Positions 23,226 through 31,663 of a stretch of DNA of 49,190 bases are shown in pieces. The stretch's first letter is position 1, and every line of letters starts with the position of its first letter. The DNA is from a virus, in IMG/VR virus record IMGVR_UViG_3300045988_172164. One strand, 5' to 3'. The notes beneath the pieces are model-generated. The model was not told where the DNA came from. It saw only the letters and a list, made by a program, of their open reading frames with translations, and did not search any database. The translations under genes and the position numbers were made by a program.

Positions 23226-25624
23226 AACAAGCTATCTTTACGTTTGTAATACTTTTGTTTACCGTATATGGAGAAATTCTTTGTTGAGTTTATATATTCC
23301 CAGTCGCTTAGTGACTTAAGAATTTCATTTATCTCACGCGTTTTATATCTATCCATATCCGTTTTATCTTTGCCAAGACATTCACACCATATCTCTGCTA
23401 CGCACACAAAGTCCTTTTGAATTGTTCCGTTTTGTGATAATGGGTCTTCAAGCCATCTTCTTCTGTCATAAAGGTCCATTTCACTCCAGTTGTCTGGGTA
23501 TTTTCTATTAAGGAACTCTTCAATAATACCTTTGCGCTCATCTGACTCTGAATGCTTATGCTGCTCAATCTTAGCAATCTTATCTTCTTCACCTGTCATA
23601 TACAGAGGCTCTCCTGCGTTATATAAAACATAAGCTTCAGCCCATATTTGGTCAACTATTTCATCTGTAAGGTCGTCGATTACTGACTTCTTTACAAATT
23701 CTGGCCTTACATCTATAGGCAAAAAGCGTCTGTTTCCTGTTGGGTCACGTAAGAAGTCATCCTTATTAGTAGTACCGAAAAATACGCATTGACGTTTGTA
23801 AGTTTCTACTGTTCTACCATAAGCAGGTCTAAACTGGTCTTCGCGCTTTGATATAAAGTGCTTAATAGTTTCAACTTCTGCTTTTTTCAAACCAGAGAGC
23901 TCTGCCATTTCAATTATCCACGCTCCTTGCAGTTGTTCAAATGACTCCTTGCCTTGTACTGTCGTAAACGTGTCTGAAAACCAGTATTTGCCGAGCTTTT
24001 TAATAAATGTACTTTTGTATGTTTCTTGCGGGCCAACCAATATAAGTGCCGTGTCGAATTTCGTACCTGGCACAAGTACTCTGGCAACGGCTGCACAAAG
24101 AGACTTTCTGATGGCAGCTCTAGTATATAAGTTATCATCTGCTCCAAAGTAATCTATTAGCAAAGTATCTATTCTCTTAATACCGTCCCAGTTAAGTTCT
24201 TTTAAGTACTCTACTATTGGATGGAATTTTTTCTTTTCAATTTCGAGTGCCATCGCATCATCAACTTTCTGGCTTGCGACAATACCATATACACACTCAA
24301 TATAGTTGCGAACACCAGAATAATCAACATCACGCACAGGCTCAGGAGCAGATATGCTACGCCATGGCATAGACCTCGTAATATAGACTTTATTGTCGAA
24401 TGTATTGCGCTTAAACGCATTTTTAATGAATTGGTCATTTTGTATTATTATATTTAAGTTATTGGCTGAATTTTCAAAGTCTCCTTTAGTATTTGCATCA
24501 AGCTGAGACATCCAATCACTATCTGTTTGCTCTTCTGCTTCTTGAATAGCTTCTTCAGCAAATTCGAATTTAGCTTCTGCAAACTTCTCATCTGCAATAT
24601 GCTTCTTAGTCAATGGGTCTTTAGATGCAAATTCTTCCATTGCCTTAAAGCTCTTTTTATCCTTATCTTCTTTCTCTTTGCCTGTATCTAAATGGCCGAA
24701 CTTATGAATGCGTACAAGGTCAAAGGCATTGCACAACCTACCTCCAGCTGGGTCTGTTCCATGATGTGAATAGGCAAATTTATCATCATAGACTATTAAG
24801 CCCGCAGCTGTAGAACCATTTATATATGTATATCTGCCTTCTCCTGCTGGAGTATAAACATCTTGCAAAAAAGTCTCAATAGCTTCTTGAATTGAGTATG
24901 TACGGCAGAATAAGCCAATGATACCTTTTTTATTTTCAGGGTCTTCTTGCTTTTTAATTGCTTGTAATATAGTATCAGTACTATTTGAAGCAGTTGGCCA
25001 TTCACTCGTATCATGCCAATCATTATATAAGCTTAGTATATAATCGGCCTCAAGGAATGGTCCGTCTTGAAATTCAAAATAGTACTCTGCATCTGAAGAT
25101 ACAGACGGCCAAAACATAAGCCTATTCACATCAAAAGTTGACTGGTCAAACAAATCAATGTTTAGGTCCCCGGCGACTTTTCTTGCTATGGCTTGATATT
25201 CCTCTTGTGATACTTCTCTATCTAATGGAATTATCAATCTATGCCTTGGTTTTGTGGCGCTCGACTTATGAGTTGAGTGTATAACTGCTGCGCATCCAAA
25301 TAGCATTGTGAAATCCCACCAAAAATTTTCATGTGAAAAGTCCACATCCAAAGTAAGAAGTTGGCGGTATAAAACATTAGTTTTATCACGTCTGCCATTT
25401 GTGAGAAATCCTCCCACAAAGCCGCCAACATCTTTTATCTTGCTTTGCTCCTCCTTAGTGGCATTCATGAACTGCTTATATGTTTCAGCAGTTACCACTG
25501 GAGTAGATAGCTTTTGTACTAGAGCATTCCAAGTAATTTTGGTATTTTTCCATATCTTACTTGAAACGCTCATTCCAATAGCTATGCTAAGATTTTCATC
25601 ATATTCTAATTTACCTACTTGCAT
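23222..25624 (-). CDS. bifunctional AEP primase-polymerase / VirE(D5)-type helicase
   Basis: The N-terminal AEP motifs are LTLDVDF (DxD) and IHSTHKS (sxH). The C-terminal VirE-like block is LVGPQETYKSTF...IIEMAELSG...FFGTTN...DPTGNRRFLPI. Confidence 0.8.
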   Translation of the reverse strand: MQVGKLEYDENLSIAIGMSVSSKIWKNTKITWNALVQKLSTPVVTAETYKQFMNATKEEQSKIKDVGGFVGGFLTNGRRDKTNVLYRQLLTLDVDFSHENFWWDFTMLFGCAAVIHSTHKSSATKPRHRLIIPLDREVSQEEYQAIARKVAGDLNIDLFDQSTFDVNRLMFWPSVSSDAEYYFEFQDGPFLEADYILSLYNDWHDTSEWPTASNSTDTILQAIKKQEDPENKKGIIGLFCRTYSIQEAIETFLQDVYTPAGEGRYTYINGSTAAGLIVYDDKFAYSHHGTDPAGGRLCNAFDLVRIHKFGHLDTGKEKEDKDKKSFKAMEEFASKDPLTKKHIADEKFAEAKFEFAEEAIQEAEEQTDSDWMSQLDANTKGDFENSANNLNIIIQNDQFIKNAFKRNTFDNKVYITRSMPWRSISAPEPVRDVDYSGVRNYIECVYGIVASQKVDDAMALEIEKKKFHPIVEYLKELNWDGIKRIDTLLIDYFGADDNLYTRAAIRKSLCAAVARVLVPGTKFDTALILVGPQETYKSTFIKKLGKYWFSDTFTTVQGKESFEQLQGAWIIEMAELSGLKKAEVETIKHFISKREDQFRPAYGRTVETYKRQCVFFGTTNKDDFLRDPTGNRRFLPIDVRPEFVKKSVIDDLTDEIVDQIWAEAYVLYNAGEPLYMTGEEDKIAKIEQHKHSESDERKGIIEEFLNRKYPDNWSEMDLYDRRRWLEDPLSQNGTIQKDFVCVAEIWCECLGKDKTDMDRYKTREINEILKSLSDWEYINSTKNFSIYGKQKYYKRKDSLL

Positions 25625-25638
25625 AATAAATCATAATA

Positions 25639-27615
25639 CTAATCTTTCAAATAGAATGGCGTAGTATAGCCATCGGCTCTCAATGGAAGGTCAGATGCCC
25701 ACTCAGGAGGAGTGCCCATAATTCTTGCCATTTCCTCATAATATACTTGCGCATTCTCTTCTGGAACTTCAACAAGGCATTCATCGTGAATATGGCATAC
25801 TGGATAATAACCTGCACTCTCGAGTTGAAGCATAGAACTACCAAGCAAATCACGAGCTATTGCCTGTACTATGTTCTCTGTTAGTTTACCACCATAAGTA
25901 TCTATTTCTCCCCATTGCTTAGTCTCTTGTACAACTCCTTGATAGCATAATACTCGAGTTGGCATTGTAGACCTGCCTATTTTCTTATCTTTGAACCGTG
26001 GCCCATAGTAGAATAACTTTCTACCAGAAGGCAATTGAATTGTCATAAATTCACCGTCACAGTCAAAGATTATTTTTCTGCATGTACATGAAACTGGTCT
26101 TTGGTAACGAACAGCTTCTTTTGAAGCTTCATCAATTTCCTTCCACATATCTACAATTGCAGGATTTGCCATGCGCCACTTGCGTACCAGGCTCATCATT
26201 TCAGTGTCTGATAAACCCATTCGCTCACCACCCATTCGCTTAAGTGCTCCTAATGAGCCTTCATAACCAAGTGCAAGCTCTGAGATTTTTGATTTGTCGC
26301 GGAGTACTGAGCCTTTGGTAATTGATGAAATGGGCACATTAAACATCTTTGCGCCTGTTGCTTCATAAATCTTACCATCACCTCTAAATACATCCATGCG
26401 CCATTTTTCATTAGCAAGCCAAGATATAACTCGTGCCTCAATGGCTGAGAAGTCTGCAACGCTAAATACTTTGCCTTTTGGAGCAATAAGTGCTGTTCTT
26501 ACAAGTTGCGAAAGAATATCTGCAACATCATCATACATCATCTCAACTGTTTCCCAATCACGAGCTCTGATTAGCTCACGCGGTACTTCAATATGTGATA
26601 TGTGGTTTTTTGATAAGTTCTGCAACTGCAATAATCTACCTGCCCATCTACCAGTTCTATTTGCACCATAGAATTGGAATGTACCTCTAACTCTATGGTC
26701 TTTCATAGCGCAGTTGAGCATAGCATAATACTTCTTAATCGAAGTTTTTGATAGCTTTTTACGTATATTGAGCAACTCAATTACGTCTGGATAATCTGCA
26801 AACTCTTTAAGTAAGTCAGGCATTGTTTCTTTTGAAAGTGACAATACAGCATTGCCTGTTTTCTTTTCTATCCATTGTCGAATTTGTACAGGTGAATTTG
26901 GATTTTCAAGGCCTGTTAACTGCTGAGCATGCTGAGTTAATATAGAAGTATAAGTATTATCTACTGCAATAGCAGACTCTGCTAACTCCATATCCACCAA
27001 AATACCTCTATCATTGATATTCTGGTCAAGCACGTACATTTCTCGCTCAATCTTTGGAATGATATAAGACTCTAATCTATGAAATATCTCGCGCTCAGCC
27101 AAGACATCATATTTATTATACTCTTTATACATTTCCCACTTCTCAGGAGCATGTTCTGGATAATTGCGTGTACGCATTCCATTAACTCGAGTTGCTTTGC
27201 ATGGGCATGAGAAGTACTTAATAAGCGCTTTACCAGTATCGAGCTTCTTATCTGTAAGATTAAGAGCCTTTGATACTCCATCCAATGAAAGTGGTAAACC
27301 ACAATATGCAGCTTTTACTGAAGTACAATACCACTGTTCTGCTGGAACATTATAACCTACTCGCTTAAAACTAAGTCGCTCAAATACTGCATTATGAGCA
27401 ACTTTTATGCACTCTGGGTCAAGCAATGCTTCTTCAAACTCTTCAGGCATTTCTTCGCCTTGAGCTAAATCAACAATGTTAACTGGTCCATCATCTAATG
27501 CATATCCTATAATCAGTATCTCAAAGTCTGGTGACTCTATATATTTATAGGCACCAGAGTCTTTAATATCTACTGAGGAAAATGTTTCGACGTCTATAAA
27601 AAGATATTTCGCCAT
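25639..27615 (-). CDS. family A DNA polymerase with 3'-5' exonuclease domain
   Basis: Exo I is FIDVETFS. Motif A is VADFSAIEARV, motif B is KISELALGYEGS, and motif C is HIHDECLVEV. Confidence 0.9.
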   Translation of the reverse strand: MAKYLFIDVETFSSVDIKDSGAYKYIESPDFEILIIGYALDDGPVNIVDLAQGEEMPEEFEEALLDPECIKVAHNAVFERLSFKRVGYNVPAEQWYCTSVKAAYCGLPLSLDGVSKALNLTDKKLDTGKALIKYFSCPCKATRVNGMRTRNYPEHAPEKWEMYKEYNKYDVLAEREIFHRLESYIIPKIEREMYVLDQNINDRGILVDMELAESAIAVDNTYTSILTQHAQQLTGLENPNSPVQIRQWIEKKTGNAVLSLSKETMPDLLKEFADYPDVIELLNIRKKLSKTSIKKYYAMLNCAMKDHRVRGTFQFYGANRTGRWAGRLLQLQNLSKNHISHIEVPRELIRARDWETVEMMYDDVADILSQLVRTALIAPKGKVFSVADFSAIEARVISWLANEKWRMDVFRGDGKIYEATGAKMFNVPISSITKGSVLRDKSKISELALGYEGSLGALKRMGGERMGLSDTEMMSLVRKWRMANPAIVDMWKEIDEASKEAVRYQRPVSCTCRKIIFDCDGEFMTIQLPSGRKLFYYGPRFKDKKIGRSTMPTRVLCYQGVVQETKQWGEIDTYGGKLTENIVQAIARDLLGSSMLQLESAGYYPVCHIHDECLVEVPEENAQVYYEEMARIMGTPPEWASDLPLRADGYTTPFYLKD

Positions 27616-27644
27616 TATTTCTTAATTTGATATTATAAAATTAG

Positions 27645-27725
27645 GAGTATAGGCGGGACTCGAACCCGCATAACAGGCACACAAACCAATGGTGCTCTGT
27701 GGTTTTACCATTAAACTACTATACT
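27645..27725 (-). tRNA. tRNA-like gene with canonical acceptor, D and T arms but a 28-nt anticodon arm (anticodon not assignable)
   Basis: The minus strand reads AGTATAG-TA-GTTT-AATGGTA-AAAC-C-[ACAGAGCACCATTGGTTTGTGTGCCTGT]-TAT-GCGGG-TTCGAGT-CCCGC-CTATACT-C. U8, A14, GG18/19 and TTCGA are present. The bracketed arm folds as ACAG(A)GCAC / GTGC-CTGT with the 11-nt loop CATTGGTTTGT. Confidence 0.6.
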
Positions 27726-27744
27726 TGCTGATGCAGAGAGGAAA

Positions 27745-28293
27745 TCACATCAGTTCATCATCCCATTCGTTCTCACCTCCGAAGTCCTCTTCAGCAGTAG
27801 AACCACCGGCCAACATCTCACCATCTTCGAGCTTCTGAAGATTATTCAGCCCAGCTGCGATGCCTTTGGATGAAACATTGAAGGCATAGAAGTTGATTGA
27901 TGCACGACCGTAGCAACCGCTGTAGAACTCCTCTTTCTCCATGATAGGGTTGAGGTCTTTGTCCACGATGCTTGGCTTGCGCCGGCTATTGGCATTGATG
28001 AAGTACATACCTTCGAATGCTGGGTCATCGCCTCGCTCGTCATCGCCATCGCGCAGAGGCAACTTGAGGTTTGAAGGTATCTTGCCGTTCTTGTCTGCGA
28101 GCTTGGCTTTGCCTGCCTGCTTAGCTGCCTCGATAGCTTTGTTAATCTTTTCGATGGTCTTTGCATCATCCTTTGGGATAAGAATGCAGATATTGTACTT
28201 AGGTGTATCGCCCTCGTTCATAGCCGTAGGCTCGAACACGTTCACGTAGCAAAATCTTACTTTGCCGGTTACAACTTTTGTTGAATTTTCCAT
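27745..28293 (-). CDS. phage SSB-like protein (DUF2815-type)
   Basis: 182 aa with N-terminal VVTGKVRFCYVNVFEP and an acidic tail EEDFGGENEWDDELM. It is paired with the adjacent Cas4-like nuclease, as in the known DUF2800/DUF2815/PolA module. Confidence 0.7.
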   Translation of the reverse strand: MENSTKVVTGKVRFCYVNVFEPTAMNEGDTPKYNICILIPKDDAKTIEKINKAIEAAKQAGKAKLADKNGKIPSNLKLPLRDGDDERGDDPAFEGMYFINANSRRKPSIVDKDLNPIMEKEEFYSGCYGRASINFYAFNVSSKGIAAGLNNLQKLEDGEMLAGGSTAEEDFGGENEWDDELM

Positions 28294-28326
28294 TTTTACT
28301 TAATTTTAATTGTTATACTTGAGTTG

Positions 28327-29565
28327 TTATGCTTCTTCTGCGAAGTCTAGTTGTGCTTGATTATAACCCATCGCTGGTCTCTTGTCTTCAAGCGGTACAA
28401 GAGTAGGTTTGCCTTGAGGTTTTACAACCACATCAGATAGAATTTCTTCAAAGCGCTTTTTGCCTACTATCTTCTCAATAGAAGTAATTGGCTTAAGCTT
28501 CATGTTGAAAATCTCATCTTCTGATAGCTCAGGGCAACGAGCAAAGATTGCATTTGAGGCTTGGTCTTCATCAACCCACTTGCGTCTGCTTATACCCTCA
28601 ACTAGCTTAAGACCTGGCCATTGCTTATTCTCTTCTATAGCTTTTTTCTGCGCATATTCTGCAATAGAATTAGCCCATTCTACAAGCTTAGGAGTACGGC
28701 GAACAATATCAGCAATCTCATCGTCTGTAAGAAGTGCTGGCTCTGCAAACTCATGCTGAGCTATTTCAAGCTGTTGTTCATACAACTTTCTACACTGATT
28801 ACGAACAGCACAAAATCTGCACCAATCTCCAGCATTAAGTTCGCCTTCACCATTGAATGCAAGTTGTGCTTTTGGCTTAAGTTCTTCTTCAGCCCATCTG
28901 CGAAGCTCTTCTACAGATATTTGCCATGAAGATATATTGTTAATACGTGGCTGTACAATTGTCAATCGTACCTCAGATATATCATACATAGTATCATATT
29001 TCTGCAGCGCCCCAAGGCCATAAAGCATAAGCTGTTTATTCCATTCAGCATATACTGGAACTCCTTTTCCGTATTTCAAATCAATAACTTCCATGAGGTT
29101 GTCATTGATAATGACACAGTCAGCTGTTCCAAAGCTCTCTGGTATAAAGTCCGTCAAATCGAGTTTCTGCTCAATTTCCATTACAGCTAAAGGATTAGCT
29201 GTCTTAGCTTCTGCTAATTGAGCTGCGCAATAGTCTGTATAAGTCGGAACTACATCAAGCATTTCCTCATTAAACAGCTCATTTGCCATTATCTCTTCAA
29301 GACGCTGGTCAAAGTCTTGCTCACTAATATCAAGCAAAGTATCACGTCTAATATAAAGCTCTGAGAGCTCATGAGCCAACGTGCCTTCTTGTGCATATAC
29401 AGAGCTTTTCTTTTCTCCATATTCATCTTCAAGCTTTGCGGATGGAGTACAATTAAGCCATCTTCCAGCTCCAGAAGCCGAGAGGAGTGCATGACTCCTC
29501 TGGCTATGCTTCTGTGGTTTAGTGCTAGTTGTTTGCTGCTTCATAGTACTCTCCATGTTTATCAT
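28327..29565 (-). CDS. PD-(D/E)XK Cas4/RecB-like exonuclease (DUF2800-type) with Fe-S cysteine cluster
   Basis: DCVII...EVIDLKYGKG is the nuclease core. The cysteines are WLNC...CRFCAVRNQC (C-xn-C-x2-C-x5-C). Confidence 0.75.
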   Translation of the reverse strand: MINMESTMKQQTTSTKPQKHSQRSHALLSASGAGRWLNCTPSAKLEDEYGEKKSSVYAQEGTLAHELSELYIRRDTLLDISEQDFDQRLEEIMANELFNEEMLDVVPTYTDYCAAQLAEAKTANPLAVMEIEQKLDLTDFIPESFGTADCVIINDNLMEVIDLKYGKGVPVYAEWNKQLMLYGLGALQKYDTMYDISEVRLTIVQPRINNISSWQISVEELRRWAEEELKPKAQLAFNGEGELNAGDWCRFCAVRNQCRKLYEQQLEIAQHEFAEPALLTDDEIADIVRRTPKLVEWANSIAEYAQKKAIEENKQWPGLKLVEGISRRKWVDEDQASNAIFARCPELSEDEIFNMKLKPITSIEKIVGKKRFEEILSDVVVKPQGKPTLVPLEDKRPAMGYNQAQLDFAEEA

Positions 29566-29707
29566 ATCCTACTGTTACCTCGGCTGCTCCAGACTTTGTA
29601 ATAAATCTGGCCATGGATGAAAGTAAAGCTGAGCATGTTGCGCGCAATGCAGGATTTTGTTTACGGAACTTGATTGCTGCTTGTTGCAGTTTCTTTTTAT
29701 TTGCCAT
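29525..29707 (-). CDS. hypothetical small basic protein
   Basis: 60-aa ORF that overlaps the start of the nuclease gene by 41 nt. Confidence 0.4.
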   Translation of the reverse strand: MANKKKLQQAAIKFRKQNPALRATCSALLSSMARFITKSGAAEVTVGYDKHGEYYEAANN

Positions 29708-30132
29708 TACAGTGACTCTAAGAAGTTAAACATTTCATCATACTTGGCCGGGTCAAGCTTTGTTACACTCGGAGCACCGAGCTCACTGAGTTTCTGCTTA
29801 ATTACGTCGCGGTGCTCATTCACCTTCTTTGCAAGCATTGCCCGCACATCCTCTATGCTCTTAGAGGCAGAAGAAGCAGCCTGAGCAGCAGGTGCTCCAG
29901 GAGCAGGAGTAGCAGCGGGCTTTGTCGGGGCAGGTGCTGCAGCTGGAGCTTGAGGCTTTGGGGCTGGAGCGGGCGTTGGCTGAGGAGCCGGTTTAGCAGG
30001 TGCTACAGGAGCAGGTTTCTGAGCTGGAGCAGCAACAGAAGTAGCCACATTACCAAGCAACGACTTGATGAAGTTCTGTGTATTTTCTGACAGGTTTACA
30101 CTAACCTCTACGGAAATTTTAATTGCTTCCAT
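29707..30132 (-). CDS. hypothetical protein with long Pro/Ala-rich linker
   Basis: 141 aa with central PAPVAPAKPAPQPTPAPAPKPQAPAAAPAPTKPAATPAPGAPAA. It forms a local GC-rich patch. Confidence 0.55.
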   Translation of the reverse strand: MEAIKISVEVSVNLSENTQNFIKSLLGNVATSVAAPAQKPAPVAPAKPAPQPTPAPAPKPQAPAAAPAPTKPAATPAPGAPAAQAASSASKSIEDVRAMLAKKVNEHRDVIKQKLSELGAPSVTKLDPAKYDEMFNFLESL

Positions 30133-30532
30133 TTTCGTAAGTTTTAATGAAATTATCTAAATAGTTAATAAACTCGTGCATTGTCATATCAGGCACATTT
30201 GAAATTTTCTGCTCTATAAGATTATTATTCTTATATATAGATACAAACACACCTTTATAATTCAGCTTGACTTTATAATCGCCTTTCAGCATTGTAAGAC
30301 AACCGTCTTCTGACGAACCTTTCCAAGTACCTGCTGAAAACAGGTCAGTTACTAACACGCCTATATGAGAGGCTAATGTTTCAATCTGCTTAATATCCAA
30401 ATCTGTTTCACCTTTTAATACTCGGTCAAAGGCTTGTTTCGGATATTTAACAGTAGGAAATAGCACCTTTGCTAAATCTTCTGTATTCAGCTTATAGTGC
30501 TCAATTACGCTGTTAATGTTAAACTGTTCCAT
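30119..30532 (-). CDS. putative helix-turn-helix regulator, first gene of replication operon
   Basis: 137 aa. The N-terminus LNTEDLAKVLFPTVKYPKQAFDRVLKGE resembles an XRE-like HTH, though weakly. It follows the promoter at 30556..30577. Confidence 0.4.
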   Translation of the reverse strand: MEQFNINSVIEHYKLNTEDLAKVLFPTVKYPKQAFDRVLKGETDLDIKQIETLASHIGVLVTDLFSAGTWKGSSEDGCLTMLKGDYKVKLNYKGVFVSIYKNNNLIEQKISNVPDMTMHEFINYLDNFIKTYENGSN

Positions 30533-30555
30533 ATTTCTGGTTGAATTTTATTATC

Positions 30556-30577
30556 TTATTTTCGATATGCAAATATA
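30556..30577 (-). promoter_or_regulatory. promoter core TATATTTGCATATCGAAAATAA, 22 nt identical to 8247..8268
   Basis: The identity was read directly. A TCGAGAAT box lies just upstream at 30584..30591. Confidence 0.6.
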
Positions 30578-30694
30578 CAAATTATTCTCGAAAGAAAAAA
30601 ATTTTTCCTATATTTTTTGAGAATTTTCTTGTTAAAAAACATTAAACAGCAATTTTGCATTTCCGGCGCTGCAATTCTATATAAATAAAGGCTG

Positions 30695-30909
30695 TAAACA
30701 ATGGAAACAATAGAAACAAAGCCTCGTATATTTCTAACCTAATTTCTTAAATTCCGATTAACTCTATGGTTAATCAATATCTAGATTAGCGTAATATAAA
30801 AGATTTATATTTCTATTGTTTACATTGTTTACAGCATATCTAAGTGATTGATTTTGAGCACTTTAGAGCATAAACAATGGATTGTTTCTATTGTTTACCA
30901 TCGTTTACC
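30695..30909. repeat. iteron/palindrome cassette B, paralog of 8341..8626
   Basis: TAAACAATGGAAACAATAGAAACAAA is at 30695..30720. The near-identical 36-mer ATAAAAGATTTATATTTCTATTGTTTACATTGTTTA ends at 30831. TAAACAATGGATTGTTTCTATTGTTTACCATCGTTTACC is at 30871..30909. Confidence 0.8.
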
Positions 30910-31543
30910 GCTTTATGTATATGTATTCACAGTTCATAATTTCTGTGTTCGGGTTTTCACTTACTATATCTACTTGCCTGCTTTTAACTTTATTGGTTTT
31001 CCACAAGAAACCTAAAAAGCGCTTATACGTAACTGTCTCCACTACTTTTAATGACTCTCTATTATTGATTTGTAGCTTTACAGTATCTCGTCTTAAATCT
31101 ACACAGCCCTTTACATCTGTCCATTTAGACTTGTAATCAAAACACTTCAGCGTATCTACTTGATTTGTAGTGGCATCAATTCTTATAGAGTCTTGTAGTT
31201 TGGCAGATAAAGTGCTTATAGTTTCATACTGAGAGGTAATTATCTTCTGTAAATCAGACTTTCCTGCTTTTAGCTGTTCAATGAGCTTTAGGTCTTCACT
31301 TCTATATCGCTTATATTCCTTAAGCGTTAACTCAAGTTCAGATACTCGCACAGCATTGAGACTATCAGATACTTTATATTTCTGACTTTCAGACATTACA
31401 AACTCTTTTTCTGTAAGCAATATATCTTGATTGCTTTTGAGCCTAGCATTTTCTTCCTTTAAGCTGTGTATTTTGCTGAAGGCAAATACTAGTGCTATAA
31501 CAGCTACAGCTATTATAACTATTTTTATGATTATCTTTTTCAT
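30905..31543 (-). CDS. membrane-anchored coiled-coil protein, candidate spanin-like lysis component
   Basis: 212 aa with the N-terminal TM helix IIIKIVIIAVAVIALVFAF, followed by a coiled coil. It lies downstream of the holin and amidase. Confidence 0.4.
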   Translation of the reverse strand: MKKIIIKIVIIAVAVIALVFAFSKIHSLKEENARLKSNQDILLTEKEFVMSESQKYKVSDSLNAVRVSELELTLKEYKRYRSEDLKLIEQLKAGKSDLQKIITSQYETISTLSAKLQDSIRIDATTNQVDTLKCFDYKSKWTDVKGCVDLRRDTVKLQINNRESLKVVETVTYKRFLGFLWKTNKVKSRQVDIVSENPNTEIMNCEYIYIKR

Positions 31544-31552
31544 GCTTTAATT

Positions 31553-31570
31553 ATTCTCGCGTATTCTCGC
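31553..31570 (-). promoter_or_regulatory. two ATTCTCGC boxes in tandem with 10-bp phasing
   Basis: ATTCTCGCGTATTCTCGC lies 10 nt upstream of the ATG at 31543. Confidence 0.55.
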
Positions 31571-31604
31571 ATTAAGTTAATTATTACTTAGTATTACCTA
31601 ATCT

Positions 31605-31655
31605 ATAATATAAAAGCCATTCTCGGAATAATTTCTTATATGCGAGAATGGCTTT
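31605..31655 (-). terminator. rho-independent terminator after the endolysin gene (stem contains a GCGAGAAT box)
   Basis: 13-bp perfect stem AAAGCCATTCTCG (31613..31625) / CGAGAATGGCTTT (31643..31655). It is followed on the minus strand by TTTTATATTAT. Confidence 0.7.
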
Positions 31656-31663
31656 AATCAGTT

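Noticed and set aside
27645-27725. tRNA-like gene as evidence for stop-codon reassignment or as an attP site of a temperate phage
   Set aside because: All large genes are uninterrupted under the standard code, so no suppressor is needed. I recognised no integrase, excisionase or CI-like repressor module anywhere in the genome.
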